Notes under the pieces: generated by a model | Seen by the model: the letters and a program-made list of their open reading frames with translations, nothing else | The model's database searches: none | Told to the model about the DNA's origin: nothing | Program-made: the position numbers and the translations under genes | NCBI RefSeq assembly: GCF_003918875.1 | Contig: NW_025767157.1 | Span: 1,922,001-1,986,000, forward strand | Reading direction: 5' to 3' | Length of the DNA: 64,000 nt | DNA from: Haliotis rubra | Taxonomy: Eukaryota | In this document: positions 28,501 through 39,520 of the stretch, in pieces | Position numbering within the stretch: position 1 is the stretch's first letter | Layout: each line of letters begins with the position of its first letter

Positions 28501-31500
28501 AACTCTAGTTCTAGGACATAATAAGTCTTGAAAGCTCTACTTTCAGCTGTGGACTGCTGTTCAAATCTTGCCATGACAGCACTTAGTATGTGTTTCAGTT
28601 GTAGTTCATTGAATTCTTGCCATTAACAGTTTATACAAAAAGTTTCTTCTGCCTCTAATATAACTCACACACACAACACCTTGCAGTGTAATTGGGGAGG
28701 TTGGGTTGCCTAGTGATTAATGTGTTTGCTTGTTATGCCATTGGCCTGGGTTTGATTCCCCACATGGATCCCTTGTGTAAACCCCATTTCTTGTGTTCCC
28801 CCAAACCCCTTCATGGAATATTTCTAGGTTTGGCATTAACAACAAACAAACAACATAAGACAGGTTTACAGAGGTGTTCCTATGTTATAGCATACAACAA
28901 ACTGCTGATTCTTGGGAAACAGCCATCAGGGGAGGGAACTCTGGAGGAGGCCATGTGGTTCATGAAAATAGGTAACAAGATGACATTTCGGTCAATGTAC
29001 TACACCTGCTGTTCTTACGTAATCAAATGAAATAATAAGGAATAATGTGTCTATCAATACTCAAAGATGTTTATCAATTTTTAGCTTCCATTTAAAAGTA
29101 GGCAATTTATTGAAATAGAGGGTTCAGCTTTTCCTGAATTCAACATTAATGAGGACTGTCATGAGTTCATATGATAAACAAGCATTTTGTGTGTTTGTTA
29201 GCATGGAACCTAGCCTTAAAGTGCGAGGATGACCCATTCAGCTTAAAGGACCTCTTCAGTCTCTGTTTAAAGGTACCGTACATAGCTCCAGATATATTTA
29301 TGTTTTTGAATAACTAGTGAGTGAATATTGCTTTATGCATGTAAGCAATCACTCAACTATGCACTGCAAGTAGTTGTTTAAAAACATCAATAACTGCAAT
29401 TAACTATAAATTTGTAAAAATAAGTAAATGGAAAATAGTGTTTTTATTAGAATATTACATCCCCTTATTTCAAAATAAAGTATTTATGAAATCTATGAAA
29501 TGTATATATTGGTCTTACTTGGTGTGCAAATTTGTGAAAAGTTTTCTTTTTTCTTATCTCTGAGTCAACAAGTTTCAATTTTTTTTAAAAACTTCAATTA
29601 TCATTGGTAACTGTAATTAAATGTAAATTTGTAAAGCAAGAATAAAAAATATAGCCCATAATGTCAAAGTAAAGAAGCTATAGAATATATAGAGAGACCT
29701 TGGTATTATTACTTGGTTTACAAAATGTGAGAAGAGTCTCTTTTTCTTACCTCTGAGACAAGTTTCATATAAATAAAACACCTTCAGTTAGGCTAATAAA
29801 GGAAGGGCAGTGTAATCCCAAATCATTTTTACATTAATTTTCTCAGACCATCAACATTTCTAGGGGATCATTTTGTTTTAAATTTTAAAACTCTAGGAAA
29901 CAACTGGAGAATGTTGACTGTGTTTTGAGTGTACGATTGTATATATTTGTAAATGCTAAAACTTAAATAGTGTTAAATCTGGCACAATACAGAAGAATAG
30001 ATTAAAATGAAAAGAAGAGCCTGTATTTCTGTATGAGTTTCTCCTCCCAGCTGTTGTCCCTGCTGCCATCAGACAAAGCACTTACATGTCGCCAGAAGAC
30101 ATGCACACTGATGGCTGTTGCTGGTTGTCTGCAGATGGCTAGAGCTCACCCAGATGATGATAATATGGTAAGATGGAAATTCATTCTGTCGGTATTTGTT
30201 CATCTGCTAATTCTTAAATGTTATGTGGAAAATATATGAAGATATGCTTGGAATAATCAGTTTACATAACTGTTAATGGTTTTATGACATACACAGGACT
30301 CTTGGTCAGTTTTTAAACCATGGAGTACATGCTCAGATTTATCACTGGGTAATTCATCATTTTCTTCGGATATTCAGTGTGTAGAGCTTAACCTTTTTTT
30401 ATCCAGCCTAGTCTGTATCTTTGAACCAATGCTTAGATTTTTGTTTTGAAAAATTCTGCTTAAAATATGCTGTTAATTTTATATATGCTCAAGTAACGTT
30501 TAATTTGTTCTTTTGATGTTCTGCCCAATGTTGCATTAATTTACAATACCATTGCATGTCTCCATTGCAGTAAGCTATATGAAGCACTTCAGACATAGCT
30601 GTTACGAATCATTTGCATATTCCATGAATCAAACTGCATCCCTTCATGAATTTAAATCTTTATTTGCAGACACTGGAATCTAATATTCATACATGTTTTC
30701 GAAAGGAGTGAATTTACCTGAATTTGGGTGTTATTTATCAAAATATCAAATATTCAACACTCTTATATATTAAACTGGACAGTAATGTGGTAATTACCAT
30801 GATGAATCAACTCTGTCAACATGGTTAAAACATGTCAAAGAATTTATTTGTTGTTCCAGTGAATATAATGAATAATGCACCAACTGCTTGACTTGTAGTT
30901 GTTACCCAATATTCCAGTATGTATTGTATTCACGTCATAGTGGATCCATTCCAGCCCTGTTGTTGGTTATTATTCACGACATGTATGTCGTACCTACATT
31001 CAATAGTACTTATAAATGTATAGAGATGTTTTTTCAGTTATGTAAGATGAAATTTATGCACAGTCTTCTTATCCTGTTGTTTTTTGTAAATTTCGTATTT
31101 CAGGGTGTTACTGGCATACCGCAATATGCTTTTTAAATGATACATGTTGCAGTATTTTTTTGTGAGAAATAGTATATTGGGTAAAAAATATGACAAAGTT
31201 TTGTGAGTTCTGTTTAGAAAAGAAACTAGATTCCCGAACTATGCAACCTAATTTTGAGATTGCTTTTATCAGAACCATAGCATTTGTTTTTATGGCCTTA
31301 GTACGTAGAAAATATGATCTACATGTACAATCAGTGTAGCTCCCAATATATTGCAATACAGGTACCTGAACCGCTATATATTGCAATAGAATCTATTTAC
31401 CAATACACAGCTGTACAAATATGCATCATACATTAACCTTTGCATTTGGTATGAGGAACTAAACCTATTGAAATATGTTTAAAACAATATTTCTACATAA

Positions 31501-34500
31501 CAGTTTTTTGCAAATTGTATGTATATACCTATTTACCTTGTACCTGCTGTAGGTCTAAGAGCCAATACTTCACAGATGTGGTTCGTTATGAACATGTCAT
31601 GTCAATAGTCATTTTGCATAATAGTTATCACATACAATGTAAGGTATTCATTGTATTCAAACTCTTGTGAAGTTATATGTACAACATGTTTAATTAACTT
31701 CTATTGACAAACATAACACTTGTTTATCATTGTTTATGATAACAACTGTTCACATTTCCTTTACAGTAGGGCAGTGGGATAGCCTAGTGGTTAAAGCATT
31801 CACTTGTCATGTTAAGGTCATGGGTTCGATTCCTTTCAGGAGTATGCATGTATCCAATTTCTGGTGTCCCCACACTGTGATATTGCTGGAATATTGCTAA
31901 AAGTAACCTAAAACCATAAACTCATCTACTTATCTTTTATAATGATTGTTTATTGATCAGAGAGATGCACTGGAGGAAGCCCTGTGCTACATTGAAGAAT
32001 TCCAGTTGCTCCAGAGGGATCAGAAGAGTGTTACATGGACACAGATAGGTATCATTCACCCACACTTCAAGCACAGTAGTTTAGGGGTGTATTACACTAC
32101 ACAGACTGACACCTATACTAGGTAGGAGTAATTAATTACCATCAACAATGGGAATTATGCCTAAACCAAAACGATGCAATATTAATGGGTCTAATCCACA
32201 GGGGTGGTAGGGGAGTCTACTAGCTTAAGTGCATGCCTTACAACCTTGGTTCAATTTCCCACATGGATGCAATGTGTGAAGCCCGTTTTCACTCCCATTT
32301 TAGTGATATTACAGGTATATTGCTAAAAGCTGCATGAAACTTCACTCAAGGAGATACACTTTTTAAAACAATCTAAAATTTGCAATTCATAAACAGAAAG
32401 CTAACTAAATTATTTTGTGATATGTTTTAGAAAACTAACTTTTTACCCAATCGAAATTGTTTTGTATGTGACACTGTATATAGGGATGGCTGAAAGAGGC
32501 CCATATAAAGGACACTATACATTATAAAGTAACAAAACTTGTATGCCTCTCAGAATGCTTGTGATGACCAAGTATCATACTATGTAATTTATTTTGACAG
32601 AAGACACAAAAGGTCCTGATACCACCGACATGCTGCTATTGCTGTATGAGTTTGAAGCCCGTGTTAAGTTACAAGACAATGGGGCTGAAGCATTGCTGGA
32701 GAAAGCTCTTACCTTACCTCAACCGGAACCAAAGACTTTTGAGGCTTTTGCAGGTTTTAGTTTTAATAAATCTACGTTCATTTCAAAAACAGAAAGGTCA
32801 GGAATCTGCATCAGTTGTTTATGTGGTGATGTAACAAACATAACAATAAGAAACACATGTTCTAAAATTGAATTTGATATTTATATTTTCGATTATTCTC
32901 CTGAACCCATTGATGCTGACACAAGCGAAATCCAGTGTCCAGTTGTCTTCAACAATAGCTGTTGTCTGTTCCAGGGGTGGTGGGGTAGTCAGCTTAAGTG
33001 TTCAATTGCCTTCTATGACCAACAGTCAAATTCCTACATGGATGTGTGAAGCCCATTTTCACTCCCATTTTAGTGATATTACAGGAATATTGCTAAAAGC
33101 TGCACAAAACTTTGCTCTTACTTACTCATTCATTCACTCACCAACCTACACACTCACTCACTTGCTCTCTACGTTCCAGCCCTCGCTGTGGAGCCACCTG
33201 CCTGTGACAGAGGTTTGAGTATCCGGGCACTCAAGGTGGCGATCAGAACACACCTGCAGGTGGACCAACCTGACTTCCACAGATGCAGGTGGGCAACGCT
33301 ACTAGATTCTGTAATCATTGAACTGCATGGGTGAATAATCTGAAATACAACATGTGTATGTCTGTGGACTGCAAGTCATTTTATGATTGAAAGACTCAGA
33401 AAGAGATGTTAACAGTTGACACAGCCATGATATATGACAGCTGTTGATTTCGTTGTCAGAAGTACTAAGGTTGTAGTTTAAGTGTAAGGTGGGGTATGAG
33501 GTCCATAACATGTGTTACTGGGATGTGGTTTAGAAAAACAAATGTGACAGTTGAGTGTTGGTCAGGGTACTATTTAAATAACTGCATACATAGGGAACCG
33601 TGTACAGATGATCTGTATCATGACTATTCGAATAAAATTTGTGTTTGTTTCATAAACCCTTTTCACGTTGTGTATGTTTCTTCAGCAAGGCCATACACAG
33701 CCTGATCCAGCTGTCGCTGAGCACAGGCCAGTCCAGCAGTAAACAGGAGACGTACAACTACTTCAAGGAGACAATAGATGTCATTGATAAAAAGGCAAAG
33801 GTACATATATTCCTCATTGGGCTGCCCAAACTGAACACAGTTGCTGCTCCATCCTCATTTATCCTGAGTATTATTATTCAACCAATGAAGATCCTGGTTA
33901 GAAAAGGTCTTCAGACACCCATGCTTGTCGTAAGAGGCGACTAATGGGATTGGGTGGTCAAGCTTGCTGACTTGGTTCATTGTATCCCCCTTGCAAAAAG
34001 TGATGCTCATGATGTCGATCACTGGATTGTCTGATCCAGACTTGATTATTTACAGCCATCATATAGCTGAAAGATTGCTGAGTGTTGCATGAAACAAAAA
34101 ACTAAAAACATCAATACCTATATATACTGAGTCAAAATAAAAACTTAGACAGTTTTTGGATATCATAATATTAATCCCCTAGTATCGACTCATCACAGCA
34201 CATTGAAGTCAAACCAAACATCGTGCACCCCACAATAGTGCTAAAACGTGTTTTTCACGCGCTACTGGTCACGTGATCTTATCATTGCACGTGCATTCGA
34301 TCACACATGTTCCCCATCAACTGCACAAAGTGCAAAAAACACTTTAAAGCACTAACAAGAACAGCCAATTCTTATGCCGCGCCTCTCAAATGTGCAGCAG
34401 TAAATGGGGTGCAGCCGTCAGACTGTGATTTACAGACACAACTGCAACAAACTGGCACCACTGCTGATTGCCCTAGGCCAGGTCAACCACGTGCGACGTC

Positions 34501-36464
34501 ACTCGCGGAGGACCGTCAAATTGCGTTACGTCACCTCCACAATTGTTTTTGACGGCTACAGAAACTAGAAATGAGCTGTTTAGGGGTCGATTGTCTGCAC
34601 AAACCATCCAAAACTGGCTGCGAGCTGCTCTCCCTTCGTGTTCGACGACCGTAAAGCGGAACCATTTTGACGTCAGCGTTTGCTCAGGGCCCGACAACAC
34701 CTCCGATGGACTCAGAGAGACTAGAATGGAGTTGTCTTCAGTGATGAATGAAGATTTACCCTCAAATTCACTGATGTTAGGATGAGAGTGTGGAACAATC
34801 TCACTGACTCACTAATAATGTGTTTACACGTATCAGATAGTCCATGAGGTGGTGTTGCTTGGCAGTTGTAAAAGCACGGCGAGGCCATACATGCTACTGA
34901 ACATTTGAAACATTAGATTTAGTTTCTTGTGACTTGTTTACGCTTTTATTGATAAATTCTGTAAGCATATGGAACCGATTTTTGGCATTGTTATTATTCT
35001 CAGTTCATCCTATCAACCTTAACAAATAAATGATAACCTCTATACCACATTCTTGTGTCCTTTCTTTTATATATTATTTATATATGATTGTGAAGTTTCT
35101 AGTTTGACTCCGTCATGTGTTCCTGGCATGCCCAGCCATGCATTTGTTTGGAGATTTCTGGTGCCTATAACAACCGAGTCCCCCATGCCCCCAATGCCTC
35201 AATACCTGTAATGATATAACATTTCTGTAAATTCAGGGACATTATCCTGAACTGGAGATTGTTTGGTTGATGACAAGGGCATGGAACTGTGGCATCCAAT
35301 TCTACAGGTAATAGTTGGACATGTGTACATAGACAAGACGTAAAGGCATGGTACTAACACAGGATACAGCGTTGATATGTTGTATTTCAAAACTTCCCTG
35401 AATTAACAAATTGGTTTATGCTATTAAACCCAATCATCTTGCAAGAGGCACAAGTCAAAATATAATATTTATAAATAACATTTCTTATGTTGTTTGGGTA
35501 AAGGAATACTTCCTAAAAACAAGCTGTGAAATGTATCTTTACGTAATTATTTTGTAAAATATGTTATATTTTCAATCAGTCAGCATGTACATTTTGCATA
35601 ATTTTTAAAAAAATTACTCTGCAAATATATGGATATGCTCATTTTTAAAAAAGAACAAAAATTGTTTGGTTTCGAAGTGAAAGAAAATAAGTACTCTTTC
35701 TTTGTTTCGTAATTATCTCCACACTGATCAATGTCCAAATATCAAGTGTGTTGTGTTAAGCATCACATTTTACATTTTACCCCAAGTTCCACAGAGTACG
35801 ATGAGGCAGAGAGATGGTGCAGTATGAGTATGGGACTCCTCAAGTACTTGACAACCATGAGGCCCAACTACGAGGATCAGGTAATCAATAAACACTAGCA
35901 TTCACTGCGGGAAGATCCATGTGGACAGTGTGTCATCTTACAGTGATCATGTGAAGTGTTTCACAAAGTCAACTAGATTTAATTTTTTTATCATGCCACA
36001 AAGATATTGATCTGTTATAAGAAATGAAGGATACTTTATGAATGACAACGTCTTTATTATATTATGATATGACGTTTTGTTGTAGATTCTCATACCATTG
36101 TCACACTCTTGTTTGACAAGAGTTACTTTACTGTTTGTCTGAAACTGTCCCTGCATATTCCTTATTCAGTCATCATTTTGAGGTTAAGTAAAAAATTTGA
36201 TAACTCAAAATTATTTACATTTGTCCTTTCAACTTCGACACACCTGTGATTGACTGTAGATATAGGTATCATAATTGTTTGCTGTGTTTCAGTGAAGTCA
36301 TGTTTCGATAATATCGGTAATTTGAGGGTCACATCCAGTTCCCACTGTATACTTCTTTCCCTCGGCAGTGGATATCAATAACGCTGTTGTAGATGAACTC
36401 AGTGTATGGCGAGATACTGGACAGGATAGAACAAGCCCGAGGTCAGCCATCAATGGAGGAGTAG
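11682..36464 (+). CDS. TEX11: Testis-expressed protein 11 (ZIP4/SPO22 meiotic TPR protein), 29 coding exons, ~920 aa
   Basis: Exons: 11682-11715, 12015-12151, 12613-12697, 13174-13253, 13887-13917, 14477-14526, 15318-15449, 16149-16229, 17141-17278, 18068-18163, 18941-19022, 20304-20385, 20723-20874, 22136-22221, 23277-23417, 24830-24932, 26815-26921, 27139-27275, 27827-27864, 28891-28971, 29202-29272, 30051-30167, 31961-32048, 32601-32753, 33180-33288, 33686-33800, 35237-35307, 35787-35880, 36393-36464. All are GT-AG and phase-compatible. Motifs match vertebrate TEX11: SLWNHAV, LCYNFGV, ALNAVSLAN, ALTWYNYSL, KLQRNRASC, EAMWFMKIAWNLAL, KTCTLMAVA, LLLLYEFEARVKL, YPELEIVWLMTRAWNCG, AERWCS. AATAAA at 36703. 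Confidence 0.95.
11767..11922 (+). mobile_element. SINE family A
   Basis: tRNA-like A/B box head and shared GCCCATTTCTGG...GCTGGAAT tail. Confidence 0.8.
13562..13618. repeat. (TAG)n microsatellite
   Basis: Run of tagtagtag; explains the poly-Tyr ORF. Confidence 0.95.
14166..14333 (+). mobile_element. SINE family A, young full-length copy
   Basis: Intact A box (TAGCCTAGTGG) and B box (GGTTCGAATCC), (CAGT)n tail, TSD TCAAAGGAAATGAG. Confidence 0.9.
15432..15962 (+). repeat. 42-bp minisatellite (~13 units) spanning the TEX11 exon 7/intron 7 boundary
   Basis: Unit TGCTACAAGGCAGAAGTG|GTGAGTGATATAGACTTCAGCGAC; GTGAGT donors at 15450, 15492, 15534, 15576, 15618, 15660, 15702, 15744, 15786, 15825, 15855, 15897, 15939. 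Confidence 0.95.
16803..17055 (+). mobile_element. SINE-like family B
   Basis: ACCCGTGAAGATCC...CCATGCT-GTCGTAAGAGGCGACTAAC...GCTGGAATATTGCTGAGTGC-GC-TTAAAC(AACC)n; further copies at 24435-24670, 33885-34105 and 46997-47657. Confidence 0.8.
18757..18853 (+). mobile_element. 5'-truncated SINE family A
   Basis: 3' half of family A flanked by TSD TCATCTTTGTGCA. Confidence 0.8.
21051..21217 (+). mobile_element. SINE family A, full length
   Basis: A/B boxes, (CAGT)n tail, near-perfect TSD TCTAACCATC(A/G)TAGG. Confidence 0.9.
23473..23579. mobile_element. Short TIR element (MITE); related copy at 53487-53619
   Basis: CATAGGTGGATCC...GCTGTATCCGCCCCTG; the inverse-oriented relative at 53487 shares CAGGGGCGGATACAGCTTTT and CACACTTCATTTTCAC. 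Confidence 0.6.
24435..24670 (-). mobile_element. SINE-like family B, young copy
   Basis: Reverse copy with 13-bp TSD TACAGTAATTATA (24422-24434 and 24671-24683). Confidence 0.85.
25150..26400 (-). mobile_element. Degenerate 5'-truncated LINE (L1/Tx1-like ORF2 3' end), antisense in TEX11 intron 16
   Basis: Frameshifted ORFs GGLGMINIFEYVKALKVTWMRKL, NPFWIDC, FLEYYGVISSI, DTKLRWFQYRIFHRILTTNTFLKK, C-S-F-C, FWS..SW and LFILLGKYYLYKCK, typical of the post-RT/zf-RVT region. Confidence 0.85.
26609..26770 (-). mobile_element. SINE family A
   Basis: (GTGA)n tail followed by the reverse family-A body. Confidence 0.8.
31768..31925 (+). mobile_element. SINE family A (older copies also at ~28695-28850, 32200-32350, 32975-33140)
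   Basis: GGGCAGTGGGATAGCCTAGTGGTTAAAG...GGTTCGATTCC...GCTGGAATATTGCTAAAAG. Confidence 0.75.
33885..34105 (+). mobile_element. SINE-like family B
   Basis: CCATGCTTGTCGTAAGAGGCGACTAA core and shared tail. Confidence 0.8.
34123..35075 (+). mobile_element. Tc1-like transposon relic
   Basis: Broken transposase fragments QQTGTTADCPRPGQPRATSLAEDRQI, GRLSAQTIQNWL and VVFSDE; begins after TATA with TACTGAGTCAAAA; right end degenerate. Confidence 0.7.
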
Positions 36465-37140
36465 AACACTGACTACAATCGGTCACTGGACAAGCTGATC
36501 TCTACAACAGTTGGTGCTAAGCAGACCAGCTTGATAAATGACTGGCTGATATATTCCTTTTTGTCTTCCTTGACAGTATTCAGTGTTTGTGTTGAGATAA
36601 AACATATCATTGACTAAAGCTTGTTTTCTATTTTAGAACCATTTCGATGAATGCACTGGACTGGGTCTGGTGATATTTGTATTCAGTTAAATTAGATTGA
36701 ACAATAAACAGCAGCATTCATATCATTTTTCAGCAGAATGATTGTGTATGAGATTACTCTATTCATGGTATAAAATGGTGGAGTAAATATCTCTTTCAAA
36801 TGTACCTGAGCAACCCTATGGTTTTTAGGCTGTCAGGTTTTCATTGAAACATGTTTGGCAAGATGAAAAAGTAAGGTAATGACTGGCCTGAGAACTATTG
36901 TGGTGAGGTGAAAAACAATCCATATTCATTCACCTTTTCCCTTAATTGTTAAGTCCATTATCATCTGACACGTGGAAAAATACATTATAAAGAAGGTCAT
37001 CTGGGATGGGAGAATGTGTTGATGGGTCCATGGAGAGTATCTATTATACTGAGTGTCGTGGCTGTCAGAAGAAAAGAGTTGGGTTGTATGCTGCTTTGAC
37101 CAGTATTCCAGTGTGTCAAGCAGGTCTTGGATGTTTACCA

Positions 37141-37411
37141 CACAGGCTTGGAACGCTAAAAACTGCCATCAAGGTATATACTGTCACTGACAGGGTCTTA
37201 GTACCACAGGGGCTTGTAACGCTAAAAACTGCCATCAAGGTATATACTGTCACTGACAGGATCTTAGTACTATATAGTACTTCCTATTTTATATAGTACT
37301 AAGACCCCATCAGTGACAGTACCATATAGTACTTCCTTCTATATAGTACTAAGACCCCATCAGTGACAGTATATACCTTGATGGCAGTTTTTAGCGTTAC
37401 AAGCCCCTGTG
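37141..37411. mobile_element. Foldback MITE with internally duplicated arms
   Basis: ~75-bp inverted arms (37203-37277 vs 37339-37413), an extra tandem copy of the left arm at 37141-37203, and 8-bp TSD GTTTACCA. Confidence 0.7.
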
Positions 37412-37588
37412 GTTTACCACTTCCATGAAACAAACAAGCACAGGTATGGTACTGACAAACCCAGAAACATAAACAGGGGAAACTCAGATCAAACCCATTG
37501 TCACATGTTCCTGGCGTGCCAAGGGATGCAACTCTGTTCGTTGATTTGCAGTACCGAAAACGACTGAGCCTCCTAAACTAGTTCATGT

Positions 37589-37736
37589 CAGTGAGTGAGT
37601 TCAGTTTTATGCCTTTTTTAGCAATATGACGGCAGGAGACACCAGAAATAGGCTTCACACGCTGTGCCCATGTGGGGAATTGAACCCAGGTCTTCGGTGT
37701 GACGAGCAAATGCCTTTACCACTAGGCTACCCCCCA
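37589..37736 (-). mobile_element. SINE family A
   Basis: Reverse family-A sequence with GTGAGTGAGT tail. Confidence 0.8.
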
Positions 37737-38211
37737 TGTCAGAGATGATACATGTTGAACTACGCATCAAAACTGATGCTGTTAATTGTTGTGTTTGCTC
37801 CATATCTGTTGCTGTATTCCTTATAGAGCCAATTGTCAGTGTAGTGTAGGGGTGTCATGATTAATCAAATTATCAATGCATTTGTCCCCAGCTTGGTGTC
37901 TAATCATCCAAGAATGTCTACATTGTACTCATCTTGCTACTGCAATACTGGTTCAACCATCAAAATATTATCTGTAGTGTTCTGAACCATTGCAATACTA
38001 ATGAAAATATTTATCATGCACCTTTTTCTAGACATAAAGATCACAATATGATCATATTACCCCAGATAACCCAAGCTGCCCCTTAGGCGCTATAAGGTTA
38101 ATAGTCTCATGACTTATTTCACCGGGTACCCATTTTCTGATGGGTGAACTGGGGCAATTTTGAACAAACTCACTTGCCTAAGGTGAGACCACAGGTATCA
38201 CATGTGCCTCT

Positions 38212-38975
38212 TTATGTAAAAGAGTGAAATATCAACACAGAAATCTCTAAACTAAACAAAAGTATCTATCACAGATCAACAAATTGGCAAATGCCTCTAA
38301 AGTGGCTTCATATAACAACGCACCATTCACAACCGGTGCATACAAATACTACCCAAAACTGAAGTCCTAGAAACTTTCAGTAGTCAAGCTGCCAAACACG
38401 GTCATCCATCCAAGGACTCTTTGCGCCCAACGCTGCTTAACTTCATCTGATTTGTGACCTGAGTGCTATGCACAGGACCACCACAATAGTATTTAATATA
38501 TAATACTATTGTTGTAATACACCTGAGCCTATAGTATTTACTATATAATACTATTGTTGTAATACACCTGAGCCTATAGTATTTACTATATAATACTATT
38601 GTTGTAATACACCTGGGCCTATAGTATTTACTATATAAAACTATTGTTGTAACACACCTGAGCCTATAGTATCCATAATACAATGGACAACAAGCAATAA
38701 CAAGACATGAAATGGGAGGTGGTGATGTTTCATGATATGATGGAATGAAAAGGAACCACAAAGACAAAAATATAAGAGATAACTACTTACGGTTGAACAC
38801 ATTTATACACATTCATAGGCATATAACAATTATGTAAAAAAGTGAAATATCAACACAAAAACTCTAAACTAAACAAAAAATATCATGTATCACAGATCAA
38901 CAAATTGGCAAATGCCTCTAAAGTGGCTTCATATAACACCATTCACAACCGGTGCATTCAAATACTACCAAAACT
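38212..38975. repeat. ~145-bp direct duplication (38212-38360 and 38830-38975) flanking a 4x45-bp tandem repeat (38486-38672)
   Basis: GTGAAATATCAACACA...GGCAAATGCCTCTAAAGTGGCTTCATATAACA...CCATTCACAACCGGTGCAT occurs twice; unit ATAGTATTTACTATATAATACTATTGTTGTAATACACCTGAGCCT lies between the copies. Confidence 0.85.
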
Positions 38976-39282
38976 TGCTATTGGTGGTACTTTCATGTTA
39001 GTATTCCAATAATGTTCAGAAGTATCACAGAAATTCAGTACTCCATTTCGTTCCATGACGCATACTGGACGGACTTCGTTACATTGACAAGTCACATCCA
39101 GATATCTAGAGTGTATAGAAATCATAAATAAATACTATAAACAGATGTAATTTGCCCATGTCATAACTTACACAAAATCCCTGAAATCATCAAACAGACA
39201 TGTTTAAAAAAAAAAATGCTGACAGGACTAGCTATCCTTTGATTAGACAAGTCATCCTGCAAACACAAAATGACTTGAGAGA

Positions 39283-39445
39283 CAGATTGTTCCAACAGTG
39301 TTGATTCAACAAAACTGATTGTTCCAGCGGTGTGAATCCAACAATACTCATTGTTCCAACTGTGTCAGTCCAACAATACTGATTGTTTAAACGGTGTTGA
39401 TGCAACATTACTGATTGTTCCAACTGTGTCAATCCAACACTACAA
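39283..39445. repeat. Degenerate 33-bp tandem repeat (~5 units)
   Basis: CTGATTGTTCCAAC-GTGT-----CAACA-TA recurring with a period of about 33. Confidence 0.75.
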
Positions 39446-39520
39446 ATGCCTTCAAATATATCATGGTAGAGACTCCATGAATTGTTTGACACAAATTTCC
39501 TCCCTTAATAAGTCCCTGAC

